A stretch of 64,000 nt of DNA from positions 52,080,001 to 52,144,000 of the forward strand of contig OZ286459.1 of the NCBI GenBank assembly GCA_965644265.1. The letters run 5' to 3'. The position numbers and the translations under genes were made by a program. Below the pieces are notes generated by a model that was given only the letters and a program-made list of their open reading frames with translations, was not told where the DNA came from and made no database searches. Origin of the DNA: Glycera tridactyla. Taxonomy: Eukaryota. This document shows, one piece after another, positions 43,860 to 56,339 of this stretch; the first letter of the stretch is position 1; every line of letters begins with the position of its first letter.

Positions 43860-45200
43860 TGACATTGCTGAGCAAACATCCATCAGGCATTGGAAAACAT
43901 CAGCTGGAGCATGAAAGAGACAAGTTCATGTAGGTCATGTCAACTGGGCTCTGATGCACAAAGTCGAACTGCCTGCATAAGAAGAGCAGGCAAGGTTTTT
44001 TCGAACATTCCAAAATTGCCAATTCAATTTCAAACTCGAATCAAATTAAATTCATCATGGACAGTAACAGGCAGAAATTGACACTCTCTAATGCAGGTGA
44101 TTGACTGAAGATCACACTTCCTCCCATCAACATAGACCGGAATATCTCAACTGGTTATGCTAGTAGTGATAGGGGCAGTGTTTTCAATCAATCTCAACAG
44201 AGAGAGTACTGAAAAAATATCCATCATCAGCCGAAAAGAGCCAAGTCCATGTAGCTCCCGAGCATGTGGGCTATGATACACTAAGTCAAACCGGGCCCCG
44301 CATGAGAAGAGCAAGCAAGTGACTTCAATCAATCTCAACACAGAGAGAGTGCTGAGAAAATATCCACGAAAGAGCCAAGTTCATGTAGGTCACGAGCATG
44401 TTGGGTATGATACACTAAGTCAAACCGGGCCCGCATGAGAAGAACAAGCAAGTGACTTCAATCAATCTCAATACCGAGAGAGTGCTGAGAAAATATCCAC
44501 GAAAGAGCCAAGTCCATGTAGGTCACGAGCATGTGGGGTATGATACACTAAGTCAAACTGGGCCCGCATGAGAAGAGCAAACAAGTGACTTCAATCAATC
44601 TCAACACAGAGAGAGTGCTGAGAAAATATCCTTCGAAAGAGCCAAGTCCATGCAGGTCATGTCAACTGGGCTCTGATGCACAAAGTCAAACTGAGAAGAG
44701 AGAGCAGGCGAGGTTTTTCGAACATTTCAAAATTGCCAATTTAATTTCAAACTCGAATCAAATTAAATTCATTAAGGGTGGAAATTCATCTGAGGTGGCC
44801 TCCATGGACAGTGACAGGCAGAAATTGTCACTCTCCGATGCAGGTGATTGACTGAAGATCACACCCCCTCCCACTAATATAGACCGGAATATGCCAAGTT
44901 CCAACTGGTAGTGATCATCAGCTGGGGGCTACAAAAGAGCCGAGTCCATGTAGGCCACAAGTATGAAAAACATCAAGTCAGCTGGGCTATGATGGACTGA
45001 CCTGCATGAGGAGAGCAAGCAAGACTTTCAAACATTTAATAAAAATTGCCAATTTAATTTCAAATTTGAATCAATTTAGGAGATTTATCTGAGAGAAGTG
45101 GTCTCTATAGCCACTAACAACCAGAAGTTGACACTCACCAATGTAGGTGACTGACTGAAATCAACACCAAGTTCATCACCATGTTCAAAACCAAGTCCAC
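43860..45200. repeat. Tandem array: 133-bp unit (~3.5 copies) nested in a ~730-bp duplication
   Basis: gtgacttcaatcaatctcaa at 44319, 44452 and 44585. Segment 43915-44145 recurs at ~44635-44890, with a degenerate third copy to ~45160. Confidence 0.88.
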
Positions 45201-45999
45201 CCTACAAATTTCTCAATTCCAGTCATTCTAACATATTCAAAGTCAGGACAAATTATGAAATTCCAAGTATCATTTAGTCCAGGGATTCACAAACCCCAAA
45301 CACACAAATGCTCACAAAGTAAGACTGTGGGATAGGCCGAGTAAGCATTGTGCTAAGTTCAAAAAAAAAAACCATCATAGCGATTGAAAATAGTTGTTAA
45401 AATTCTAATTATGTATTTCATAAACAAGTGAATGAAATTCATTTCTAATCTCAAAATCATCTATGATGGGCTCAATCCAAATGGAAAACGTTCAGATATT
45501 GTAGTTGATAAGTGCTGGCTGGATCAGAATCTCAAAGTGAGGCATATCCAAAATGGCGGATGGAAATCCAAAATGGTGGATTGTTGACATGAACCAAACC
45601 AAACCAAACCAACCAGGATTCAGCAGATCTTATGTCTGATGCTAACAGCACAAACTTTTACATTTATACTCTTTATAGTTGGATAGCTACATTTTCAGAT
45701 CTACCCTGGAAAACCTACATGCAAGAAAAGCACACGATGCAAGGTTCTACACAGACATCCTAAATTGACAACTTTGGTAGTCACTATAAAATGTTTGGCA
45801 GCTGGTCAATAGATCACCAATCACGAGCTCTCAGAGAGAGGCAGCCAGCCAGCCAGCTGACTCGTGAATTTGGTAGCCATTAGCTACCCTCCAGGTAGCC
45901 TCATGGGAGTCTTGAGGTGAGGGGGGCCCCGATCTCCCTCCGACACCCCTATGGAGGATTCAACCAGATCATCAACAATATAGATTGATACTTACTACA

Positions 46000-47140
46000 T
46001 CATTTGCTAGTGAATTTCGGTTTTCTCCCTGCAGGTTTTCTCGCTGCTTTTGATGTCGCGATGATACAATGCAAGGGGCAGCATTTGCATGTGAGCAATT
46101 GGTTATTTCTTTCAGACATCACATTTTTATGAAAACCAGCATTCATATAAATACGACTCAACCAATCAAACATGACAACTGACATGTGAGTGAATGATTG
46201 TCTTAACTGAATTTCGTCTTCAACTTCCATTGACACTAATTGTTCATTTGTCAGTGGGCCAGAACAATTAAGTAATTGCTGTAGTTGATTATTGTTCAGG
46301 TGAGCAAGCAACTGATCTGTTGCTGATGAACAATTGCTACCACTTGCAATGCTATCACGATATGATGTACTACTCGCGCTGGTCGACTCATCTTCTCCCG
46401 TGTTTCTTTCACCCTTATCATCATCATCATCATCATCATGCACCTTAATACATGCGGGTGACTTTTCAGCCACTCTCATATGTAAATTTCTACTGGATTG
46501 GCCAATATAATCAGATTGCTTCCCCTCAAAGGAAATTGGTGATTCTTTGGACTTTGGACCCCCATAAAAAGAAATATTTGAGTCATGAGATGGAGTTTGC
46601 TTCTCTCCACAGAATAGAGTAGATTTTTCAGAGAAACATTCATCAAGATCACCCACTGATAATTGGGAGGAAGAGACCGTTGTGGTTGAAGTTCTGACTG
46701 GTTGATTTGAACTACACAAAATTTGTGACCCCTCATTTTGAGATTTTACCTTGCTTGGTAGTGAGCCAACATTATTTACAAAACTCAAACCATCATCAGT
46801 AGCTTGGGTGGGGGAAATATGTGACATTATATGTGACATTATCACTTGTGCCTGCTTGAACAGGAGTAGAACAGGGAACGTCACTCAATTCTCCGAGAAA
46901 GCAAAAGGAGGGATTTTCCATTGGTGGGCTACTAGGTGACACTGGTGAATAATGTGGCCTATGCATTAGTTCATCGCGTACCGTAGATCTCTCCCCCAAG
47001 ACGATACTTTTATCTGTATCATTTTTGACAATATTTACAGGTGAAAAAGATTTTGTTCTCTTCAAATATACCAAACATGGTTTCAATATATTGAAACATT
47101 CAGATGAATCTGCCCCATAATTTCCCAATCTAGTTCCCAC
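46000..47140 (-). pseudogene. Orphan low-complexity protein with C-terminal CxCCPxHC motif (two overlapping ORFs, probable frameshift)
   Basis: ORFs 46796..47140 and 46000..46884 overlap by 89 nt. The product is Ser/Thr/Pro-rich with a poly-Asp tract and ends LTCKCCPLHC...RKPAGRKPKF. Confidence 0.45.
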
Positions 47141-47149
47141 ATCCTCATC

Positions 47150-48050
47150 TATTACAATAATATGTATGTACTTGGTTTAAACACTGCTAGTATCAACTGG
47201 ATAATATCATACCTGTCATATCATACTCAATCTACAAAAGTCAATGGCTTTAAATCAAAGGCAGGAAATATCGATTGTGGTGTGCCCCAATCAATCCTTG
47301 TGGGATCAATCCTGGGGCCAGTTCTATTTACTCTATATGTCAATGATCTGCCTGCATGCTTGACCGTGGGCAAGTCCAACCTATATGCCGATGAGACGGC
47401 AAGTGTTGTAGGAAACAAAGATCCAAGACAAATAGAAGCAGACCTCAATACTAGTTTAAGGGAGGTGGCTGACTGGCTAATCCAGAACAGACTATCTCTA
47501 AATGTCAGTAAAACCAAGTACATGATGATTGGCACACATGCAATGTTGAAGAAGGGCAATGGGCATGTAGTCGAACATGGGGATTACAAAATTGATGAAA
47601 TTAACAAATTCAAATATCTTGGTATCAAGTTAGATTGCAAACTCTCTTTTGAGGATCACAGCTCATACATCAGACAAAAAACTATTGCATGTGAAAATTA
47701 TGGAGACTCCGACATGTATTAAACAAGCAAACATCCTTGATGTTATACAAGTCATTGATCCTCCCCATGTTCGACTACTGCGACATTATCTATGAGTGTC
47801 TCACTCAATATGATAGCACCAGCCTCCAAAGGGTACAAAACTATGCCTGTGGATGCATACTGGTGGCAGAAAGTCGCACTGGTACAGATGAAATGCATGG
47901 CGAACTAAACCTTGACAGGCTTGTGATGCGCAGACGGAAAAACAAAATATTCTAAATGGCAAGGCCCCAAAAACCATAGATGGTACTCTAAATACGCTGT
48001 CTATTACGACATTTCGGGAGACTGGAGCTAGCACTTGAAACGGCCTTCAT
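47150..48050 (+). mobile_element. 5'-truncated LINE RT C-terminal fragment
   Basis: CGVPQS..GSILGPVLFTLYVNDLP, LYADET, FKYLGIKLD and LILPMFDYCDIIY. A possible 3' end (AATAAA + CAAAT repeats) lies at ~48735-48767. Confidence 0.88.
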
Positions 48051-49479
48051 GTACCTTATCATAACCTCAGTAAAACAAGAAACAGATTATTTTACCGTGC
48101 TGCCACGACCTGGAACACCCTTCCTATCGATATATGTAATAGCCCTGGTGTGAATATTTTCAAGAAGCATTTATCTGAATTATCATCCACAATTTAGTGG
48201 AAATGCATCGTCAAGGCTTAGTTCACATACAGGGCTTCATCAGTCCCCTCCGATGTACATGGAATATATACATTGCTTGACAACAATAGTGGAACTAAAA
48301 ATTTCTGAATGTCTCTATTCATATCCTGCATCATACTACTGTTTATCGAACTTTATCATATATAATTCCACCCCCTGCCCTGACCCTGTCTGCTAAACCA
48401 CCAACCCCCTCCCAACTCTACCCATCTCGATCCCCCAACCCATAACACTTCTTTCACTCAAATTCTACCAATCCCACTCTCGCACATTTCAGACTCAGAG
48501 TCCTTACCCTTGCCCCAAAATCCCCCTATCCAAACCTCCCCCACTGCCCTTCCCCCTATCAACCCACCTCCACCCCGATCCCCACCTCCCTGAACTGCCT
48601 CTACAGACATCCCCTAGCCCGCCAACCTCTACCACCAATTGTAAATATGCCCTTATCAATCTGTTTGTACATATGTTATGTTCTCGTGTTCTGTGAAAAA
48701 GCCACTTCATGTGGTACTTCTGATTTATGAGTTTAAATAAAGTTTATCACATCAAATCAAATCCAAATGCAACTCGGAATAGAGGTCATGTTCTTTCCTC
48801 CATCCATCTATGAAAGCATTTGTCTTGGGTAAGTGGATATCTTCTTCTTCAATAATTCGATATTGTTATAGATGTTGGATACACAGTCAAACATACCAAA
48901 ATCTGCATTGACAACATGAGATGGACCAAAAATCAGAGGTTGGTATGAGCCACGGTATATGGATTTGACGCACATTCAGCGCAGCAATCAAAGGGAAAGT
49001 CACGAACTCCTTGTTGAAACTGCACAACTGTAGACATTCTTCCTCAATGATTGAGCCAAAGATCTGTCTACTACCATCCATGCATTAAACAGGTGACTTC
49101 CTTGTCATTAGGACTTCTGTTTAATAAATGACCAAACTTCGGTTTGATAACTTTCGACCATTGTGGAATATCTATCTGCAGCTGCATAAATGTAGCATCA
49201 ATGCATCTATACATGTACTCATGCACATGGGTGCTAATAATTTCGTGATGATATTGTCCACCAGTAGCTGATTTGAAGTTTCAGAGTATGATTTGTGAGA
49301 GGATTTGTGTATTTCAGATAGATTATTACTTCTGATCATATTACTGCTATTGACACCTTGATCAAGATGTGTGATAGTGAACTCCCTAGTGATATGATAC
49401 ACGATCATGGTGGCCTGGCCAAGTTTGGTAGTTTCTGGGGCAACCTCTTCCTCGTTTAATTTTAACCTAGTCAATAGTT

Positions 49480-49575
49480 TGAATATGCCACAAACCCCTT
49501 TGCTTCTCTCAAGATGATCACTGGTTGGTGGGTGGCTATGGTACCAACCGATGTAAATCTGACTCTCAGTCATTC
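49480..49575 (-). pseudogene. JAB/MPN+ (JAMM) motif fragment
   Basis: YIGWYHSHP in ORF 49172..49573. The flanks are degenerate. Confidence 0.3.
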
Positions 49576-50529
49576 ATGAATCTGATGTGAAATTATGACC
49601 TGTCAGCCTCTATGCAATCACCTCCTGCCTCAACATCCATGACCTATTCATTCTTGGATCTTGTAGCTAATCATCACTTTTCTTTTAATTAAGCAGGTGC
49701 TTGAGGTATGGTCACCTGGCATTACCAACTGATTATGGCTTGCAACATAGTTTCTGCGCTGTGAAGAAGACTGGATTCACACGGCTGGAGTGCCTCTCTG
49801 CCAACTGATATGATATCATCTGCAGAGGAACCCCAATTTCATTGATCGATTGTTTGAATACGGCATTGTCTGCTCAAAACTCAAACAGTGCTGCTTGCAA
49901 TAGAACATATTTCTTATTACAGTGAAAGTAGCTTTATTATATTTTATCAGCCCTAGAAGCAGATTATCGTCAGTTTCGGATGACGATGCCTTAAGGGCAG
50001 ACTCGCGTTCACGGTTTCCTCCTGTCAGGCTCTTTGAGCCTTGTCCGAAGATGAGATTGGCTCATACCATGTCTGACACATGTGATGAGTCCAACATCTG
50101 CCTTTTTCCTGAAGTGTTGTTAAGGATATCACATCTACCCGAATTTAGGCTTTCAACTACCAACTTGAGTTTTTATTTGCCGATAGGTTCTCGGGGCTTT
50201 CAAGACATCCACACATTCGGGGACATTTTTTTCAGTGAATAGCCAAGCAGAAATTCATTCCTTCGGATTTTCTAAGCCAAACACAGCATACTCACAGGCA
50301 TAAAATTGACATATTTCACTTGGATTATGCAAATTTGCATGTCAAAAATATCGTAGCCACTGGTGAGCGATCATTCCTCCTGGTTGATAGGAAATCGATT
50401 GAGGAGCTAATTTGAAACTTTTATTTATACTCACTGGGGGGGGGGGGGGGGGGGGGGGAGAGTCGGAGCCCGTTGAGTGCAAAATACGACATATACAGAT
50501 AATACAATTGCAAAAGATAATGGTCAAAG

Positions 50530-52830
50530 ACATTAAGTGTAAAAAGCATTAAACCAAAATTATATCATGTGGCAAAACACAAGAAATAACCACTCCCGCA
50601 TAATATAACATAGTGGAAGATGTACTTGGCCCCGTATACATAGGTGCTACGTGTACTGGGAGAGCCTAGATGTGCCTTCCCATGTAGAACAGCGGAGGTT
50701 GTGACATCTCTAAAAATGCTTCATAATAGCATGGATCGCGGAGGCCCAATATGAACAAAAAGATCAGGGGACTCGTAAAATTAAATGCAATGAGTTTCGA
50801 GACCCAACCAGACGGCGTATCCTCGAATGCGACTCCTTGATGAGTCTCCTCTTGTTTTTTTTCAGAATAGTATTTCAGTAGTCCCCTCTCGAAGGATCCT
50901 ACTGCAAGTACAATTTCTAATATCCAACAGGAATGAGTTCCACAACACCCCGCCGTGTATCATGAAACACCCATCTATTTTACTCAACAGTTCATGGTAT
51001 ATTCGAGAGTTGATTACCAGAGGACCTGCTGATCCTACTGCTCACACGAAAAGTGCTCGCAACTAAATCACTCTCATGGGGAGTAGGCCTGTCTCACTCA
51101 ATAATTCTATGGAAGGTGTATGGGGCTCCTTCCCAAGACAGATACGGATCCCTATATAAAACGGGAGTGCGTCCCATAACACCCTGCCGCGTATCATGAA
51201 ACATCCATCTATTCTACTCAACAGAGTTCATGGTATATTCGAGAGTTGATTACCAGAGGACCTGCTGATCCTACTGCTCACATGAAAAGTGCTCGCAAAT
51301 AAATCACTCTCATGGGGAGAGTACCACAGGCCTGTCTCACTCAGTAGTTCTATGGAAGGTGTATTTGGCTCCTTCCCAAGACAGATACGGACCCCTGTGT
51401 GCAGTAACATTTCGAGCCATTGGACTTGTTCCTTGGTGATATCTTCATAGATAGTGTCCCCATAACTGCTAATTGGTAGGATGAGAATCTTAACCGAATA
51501 AATAGCCAGACTTTTATCTACAACAGGACGAAGCCTGCATAGTAATCTGTATTTGAATTTTGATACTCTTTCAAATTCAAGTATGCTTGCTGTATCTGAT
51601 GTTGCTGAAAGTTTTTGTCGGGTTCCAAGTAGCATACATTTCGACTTTGTAACATTTAAGCTCAGCTTATTCATGGCCATCCACTTTCTGATAGAGATCA
51701 TATCAGATTCTTAATCCGAGATAATCTCCTTCTCAGTTGAAGCGGTTGATAGGAATGCAGTATCGTCTGCATACATAAAGACCTGACAATTCTTGATATG
51801 GGCTGCCAGGTCATCTATATAAAGTACAAATAGAAGTGGCCCCAGGATTGAGCCATGGGGCACACCGCAGGGAATTGATTTAAATTCTGAGGGATCGGTT
51901 ACATACTTGACGGCCTGCTGTCTCTCGTCGAGGTAGGAGCCAAACCAATTGACAGATGATCTCCAAAAACCTGACCCAAGTAATTTATTCAACAGTGTTT
52001 CATAATTCACGGTGTCAAATGCTTTTGTCAGGTCCAGGAACATCACATCACTCATCCTACCGGCATCCATATCTTCATAGATTGCTGTGGTGAAATCAAC
52101 TAGGCAGGATACAGTGGCGTGATTCCTCCTGAAGCCTGACTGGCAAGGTGAAAGTAACTCATGGGCTTGCATATATAAACTACATTGGGCATGATCTACT
52201 CATTAAGAGCTTGCCAAAGGTTGGGAGTGCACTGATGGGATGATAGTTTCGAGGGTCATTCTTTGTGCCACCCTTAAATAGAGGGGTCACAATTGCATGT
52301 TTCCATGAGTAGGGAAAACTTCTTCTCATTAAACTACTATTAAATAATAGGATGAGAAGTCTGCGAAGACTACTACCATCCGGTTTGGCAATTCTAGAAG
52401 TTACCTCATCTTCCGCAGATGACTCTGAATTACTTATCTTCTGGAGGGCGTCTTTGTAGGCCTTATCCAAGATTTCATGAAATTCGAATATTGGTGAGCA
52501 AGACGGTTGATCAGGTGGGAGGTCTGTAATACGTCCTATGATTCTATCTGCAAGGATGCTGCAAAGGATGCTGAAATGATTGCTGAAAGTATCGGCCAGT
52601 TCCTCTCAGTTTTTCTCAGCCTGTTGGTTTACCCCCTTCAGAGGACGAATTACTGGGCTAAAATTCCCTAATACTGCGCCATAGGCGCTTGGGGTCATTG
52701 GAGAATTTCTTGATCTTATTCTGTATTTAGCATCGTTTTAAGTCAACTTCCAGTTTTTCACTTCTATATGCGGCTGGGTCTGAGCAACCACTGTAACTAA
52801 ACTGATATGCGCGAGTATTGGCATTATCGA
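50530..52830 (-). mobile_element. Decayed CR1/L2-type LINE ORF2 (RT), with a 234-bp internal tandem duplication
   Basis: FPYSWKHAIVTPLFK, QSGFRRNH, FLDLTKAFDTV, GVPHGSILGPLLF and MYADDTA. 50945-51130 is duplicated at 51179-51390. Confidence 0.88.
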
Positions 52831-55800
52831 CTAAAATATGTTCACATTCATGTCCTTAAGAGGGAGAATATCGACGTTCGCTATAGTGTCGAATAGATCC
52901 AAGCTAGAAGATAGGGAGTCCAGTCGTTCAACGAGCAATCTTACGGCCGATAGAAACTACACAGGTAGGTGGGGCAAGTGTTCGGTAGATGTATCTTCAG
53001 CCAAAGGAATTCAATATGTGGTTTGGTTTGCTTTTGGTTTTGTTGGGGGGGGGGGGGGGGTCAACATCACGTCAGCTCCATCTGGGCTATATTGTGACGC
53101 CCATGCAATGGGCATGGGTGGGATCATTCAAGACTCCTCCTTCTTGATCCCCAAAAGAAGGCGAAAATTTATGACACTCGAGGTGTCATTTCTGTTATCG
53201 GGCGTAAGTGAGATATAATCATTCTCTTACACTACTCCGTGGTACTCCATTTCTTCCCAACGATAAGAGCATTTGCTTTTTTGCCCCCTGATATGGTCTG
53301 TTGTCGTCCATATATGTATCAATTCTGTCAAGAATCAATTCTGGATGGAGGGGTGTATTAGAGCTTATTTTCAGGACGCTTCAGATAAATTCGAATGAAC
53401 AAACTTTCTGCGATATAAATTGGCAGCAATTTAGGCTTTGAAGGTCAGAAATAGTTCAGATCATCAAATCAACATCAGAAAAGAAATCATTAACCCCAAA
53501 ATGCCCCAATTCCATGTATTTCTCACCAAGCCATCTAAAAACGATGATTTCGAGTATTGCTGTCGGCGGCTATTTCGCATTTTGGCCTCCCAACGAGGGA
53601 GTTCACACTTTTGCAAGTGGCATGAAATCTAAATTGCCCCATTCATCTGTCAAGAATCAATTCTGCAAGAAATATTTGTTTCAATATAGACCAAGAATCA
53701 TTACAGTATTGAAGAAGTCACAGGGTGGGATATACGTACACCAGACCTGGTAATGTGATGGCTAAAATTGAGTCTGCCTCACACTAGGCCAATATTGATT
53801 TGTAGTGTGTATCGGCAGCTGTTCCTACAGAACATTGTTTTTTTTTAAGGATTGCACTGCACACCCTGATCAGAGATAATATATACTGAACAGAATCTTC
53901 ATAGACCAAAGTACACTTTCCTGGGTAGATCTTCAACCCAGCCCCATGCATCAGCTTTAAGGCCCTCGATAGCAGTTATAGAAGGACTGCCGGATAAAAC
54001 GATCATCCGGAAAAGCTAAACAATCCTCATGAAGCATTGGTCTTAGGATGTTTTCCATGCAACGTTGGAGCATGCGGTCATACTTATATCACCCAAAAGG
54101 GGTGGGAAGAGCTATCTTCTATTAATCCCTCATCTCGATCTGCATATCATGATAACCAGATCTGATATCCATTTTGGTAAAAAAAAGAAAAGAAAAAGGG
54201 ACTGCCCGACAGATATGGCAAAATATCAAATCGAGATAGAGCATAACAGTCTCCGATGGTCTTATTTTTTGAATGCCTGAGGTCAGTTCCCCCCCCCCCC
54301 CCCCACACTGACGCGTTTGTCAGGTTTCTGTAAGAACATGAAAACATATGACCTTCACTGGCGTCTTGCACGATACGTAAGGAGATGGCCAGTGATGAAA
54401 TTGAGCATGACCTTAGAAAAATTCTCAGTGAATTCGAGGAATTCTGGGAGCCCAGACAGGGCATGAATTTCACTTCTCCCTCTCCTGTAGTTAACGCCAA
54501 CAAAAACACAGTTTTTATAGTCAGGTTCTTTATGGTAGATGGTTCCAATGGCTCAAAAAGAGCTGAGGAAGAGAACACCAGAGCCAAACACCAGCCGAAC
54601 TCCACATCAAAAATCCACGCAGGCCGAACTCCCCTTCCTGCAAGTCTCCTCAGTGCCATGTTTCTGCTTGATGCTCTCAGATCATGTGAATCTTGAAGAG
54701 GTGTTCACATGATGAACAATCGTTGCATACACTTCCCCCAACAGGAACATGGAAACATTTGTAAACTACGCATGTATGCCGAAAAAAAGATGCCTGGTAA
54801 CACACATCTCCTCTATTGGTGAGTGTGAGAGGACGGATTTCCCGCCACTCAAATGGGCCTCACATTCATCCATTCCACCTGCTGCTCTCTGTGTCGAAAT
54901 GGCCAGGATGGGGATATCTTACTCTCAAAACCCAATCATTAGACATGTGAATTTCACTCATGAATCACTAAATCATACGATCAAACATTTCAATCCCTCC
55001 CAAAATTGAAATGCTTCAATTTATACCCATAATGTGTTTAAAATGAACAGAAAAGGTGGAGAGTATTCATATCATTAGCAGTATCAAACCTGATGGAGAG
55101 CCGACATCGATCATGAACTGGCAAGACATTCCTAGACGCCGGAGCAATTTTCATGAGAAGTAGACTCATATAGAGCAAGGCAGGCACCCTTAAAAAATCC
55201 AGGAGTGCTATGTTCGGATCAAGCCGGTTGTCCCTGCAGCACTGGGTCTGGACCTCTCATCTGGCATTGTATCCCCTTGCTTGGAGCTTCTTTTAGGCCT
55301 TGTGACTCGAAGGCTCGCCTCACCTGAGTGGACTTCTTGATAAACACAAGGCATCAAGATTCAGGACCTAAGACTGTCAATGATTTCAGCATCCTCTCCT
55401 TCACCACCTGGGTCAGACTATCCCTCGAGTCGAGCAGTTAGATCGTACATGCATGATATAACGTTCATCTGCATTTTATCACAGGGTTGAGGGGCTTGAG
55501 GCTTACACCGGATATGCCTCATTTTTCGACCATATTTAATATGAACCTACTTGAAATGGAAGTCAGATCGGTTGGGAGACACCGAGATTGAGGGAATGGA
55601 TGATGCTCGTATGAGAAGCTTGGGTCATTGGCCCTGTGGCCACAACCCATCATTAGGGCGAGGGTTCGCATAGCTCTCACGCCACTCAAGGACTAGTACA
55701 CACTTTTACTGAAAAGGTGTAGGTCTGCATGTTCCTAGGATATGAATGGCTAATGTGCGGGAAGCAAATAGCCTTGATGCACACCGCAGAGTTGCTGTTG

Positions 55801-56339
55801 CTGAGAATTTTCTTCCATAACATGACATAGCATAACAGAAACTTTATTGCATATGATGATCAAGAATATACAAACTCACACGTGACCAAAGGTGGTCATG
55901 ATATATGCATATCCAAACAAATCAAACATCATCCATTACACAGAACACCATAACTACAAAAATATCTACACAAGATGACAAATTATGACTTGAATCTTTT
56001 CATACAATAACACAAAAATATTTCCGGTAGTTTTCCAGTGAATCCAGTACAACGCACACCATGGTATGGTCGCATTTTTCACATCATACAAGATGACACT
56101 TGACAACCAGTGTCTGTTCGCTACACCAACACAGAGGACTCTGGTTATATTTAGTAAGTTCAGCATTCTCATAAGGAATGCTCATCGGCCAGGTATATAC
56201 ACTCGGGGAAAATACCCTAGGACTTTGTCATATAAAGAAACGGCAGTTGTAGTATGAATGATGTGTTACAACACAGTGCAACTGTGTAGTCCGGCTAAAG
56301 GAGGTCCCTTCCACGGGAATTTTTTGAGTAATCCTAAGG

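Noticed and set aside
23600-47000. Long terminal inverted repeats and a 6-bp TSD for the Maverick
   Set aside because: Visual comparison of both flanks found no inverted match longer than ~15 bp and no TSD.
54147-55740. ORFs of 86-170 aa and GC-richer sequence
   Set aside because: No recognisable domain on either strand, and overlapping antisense ORFs of similar length suggest noise or an unidentifiable decayed element.
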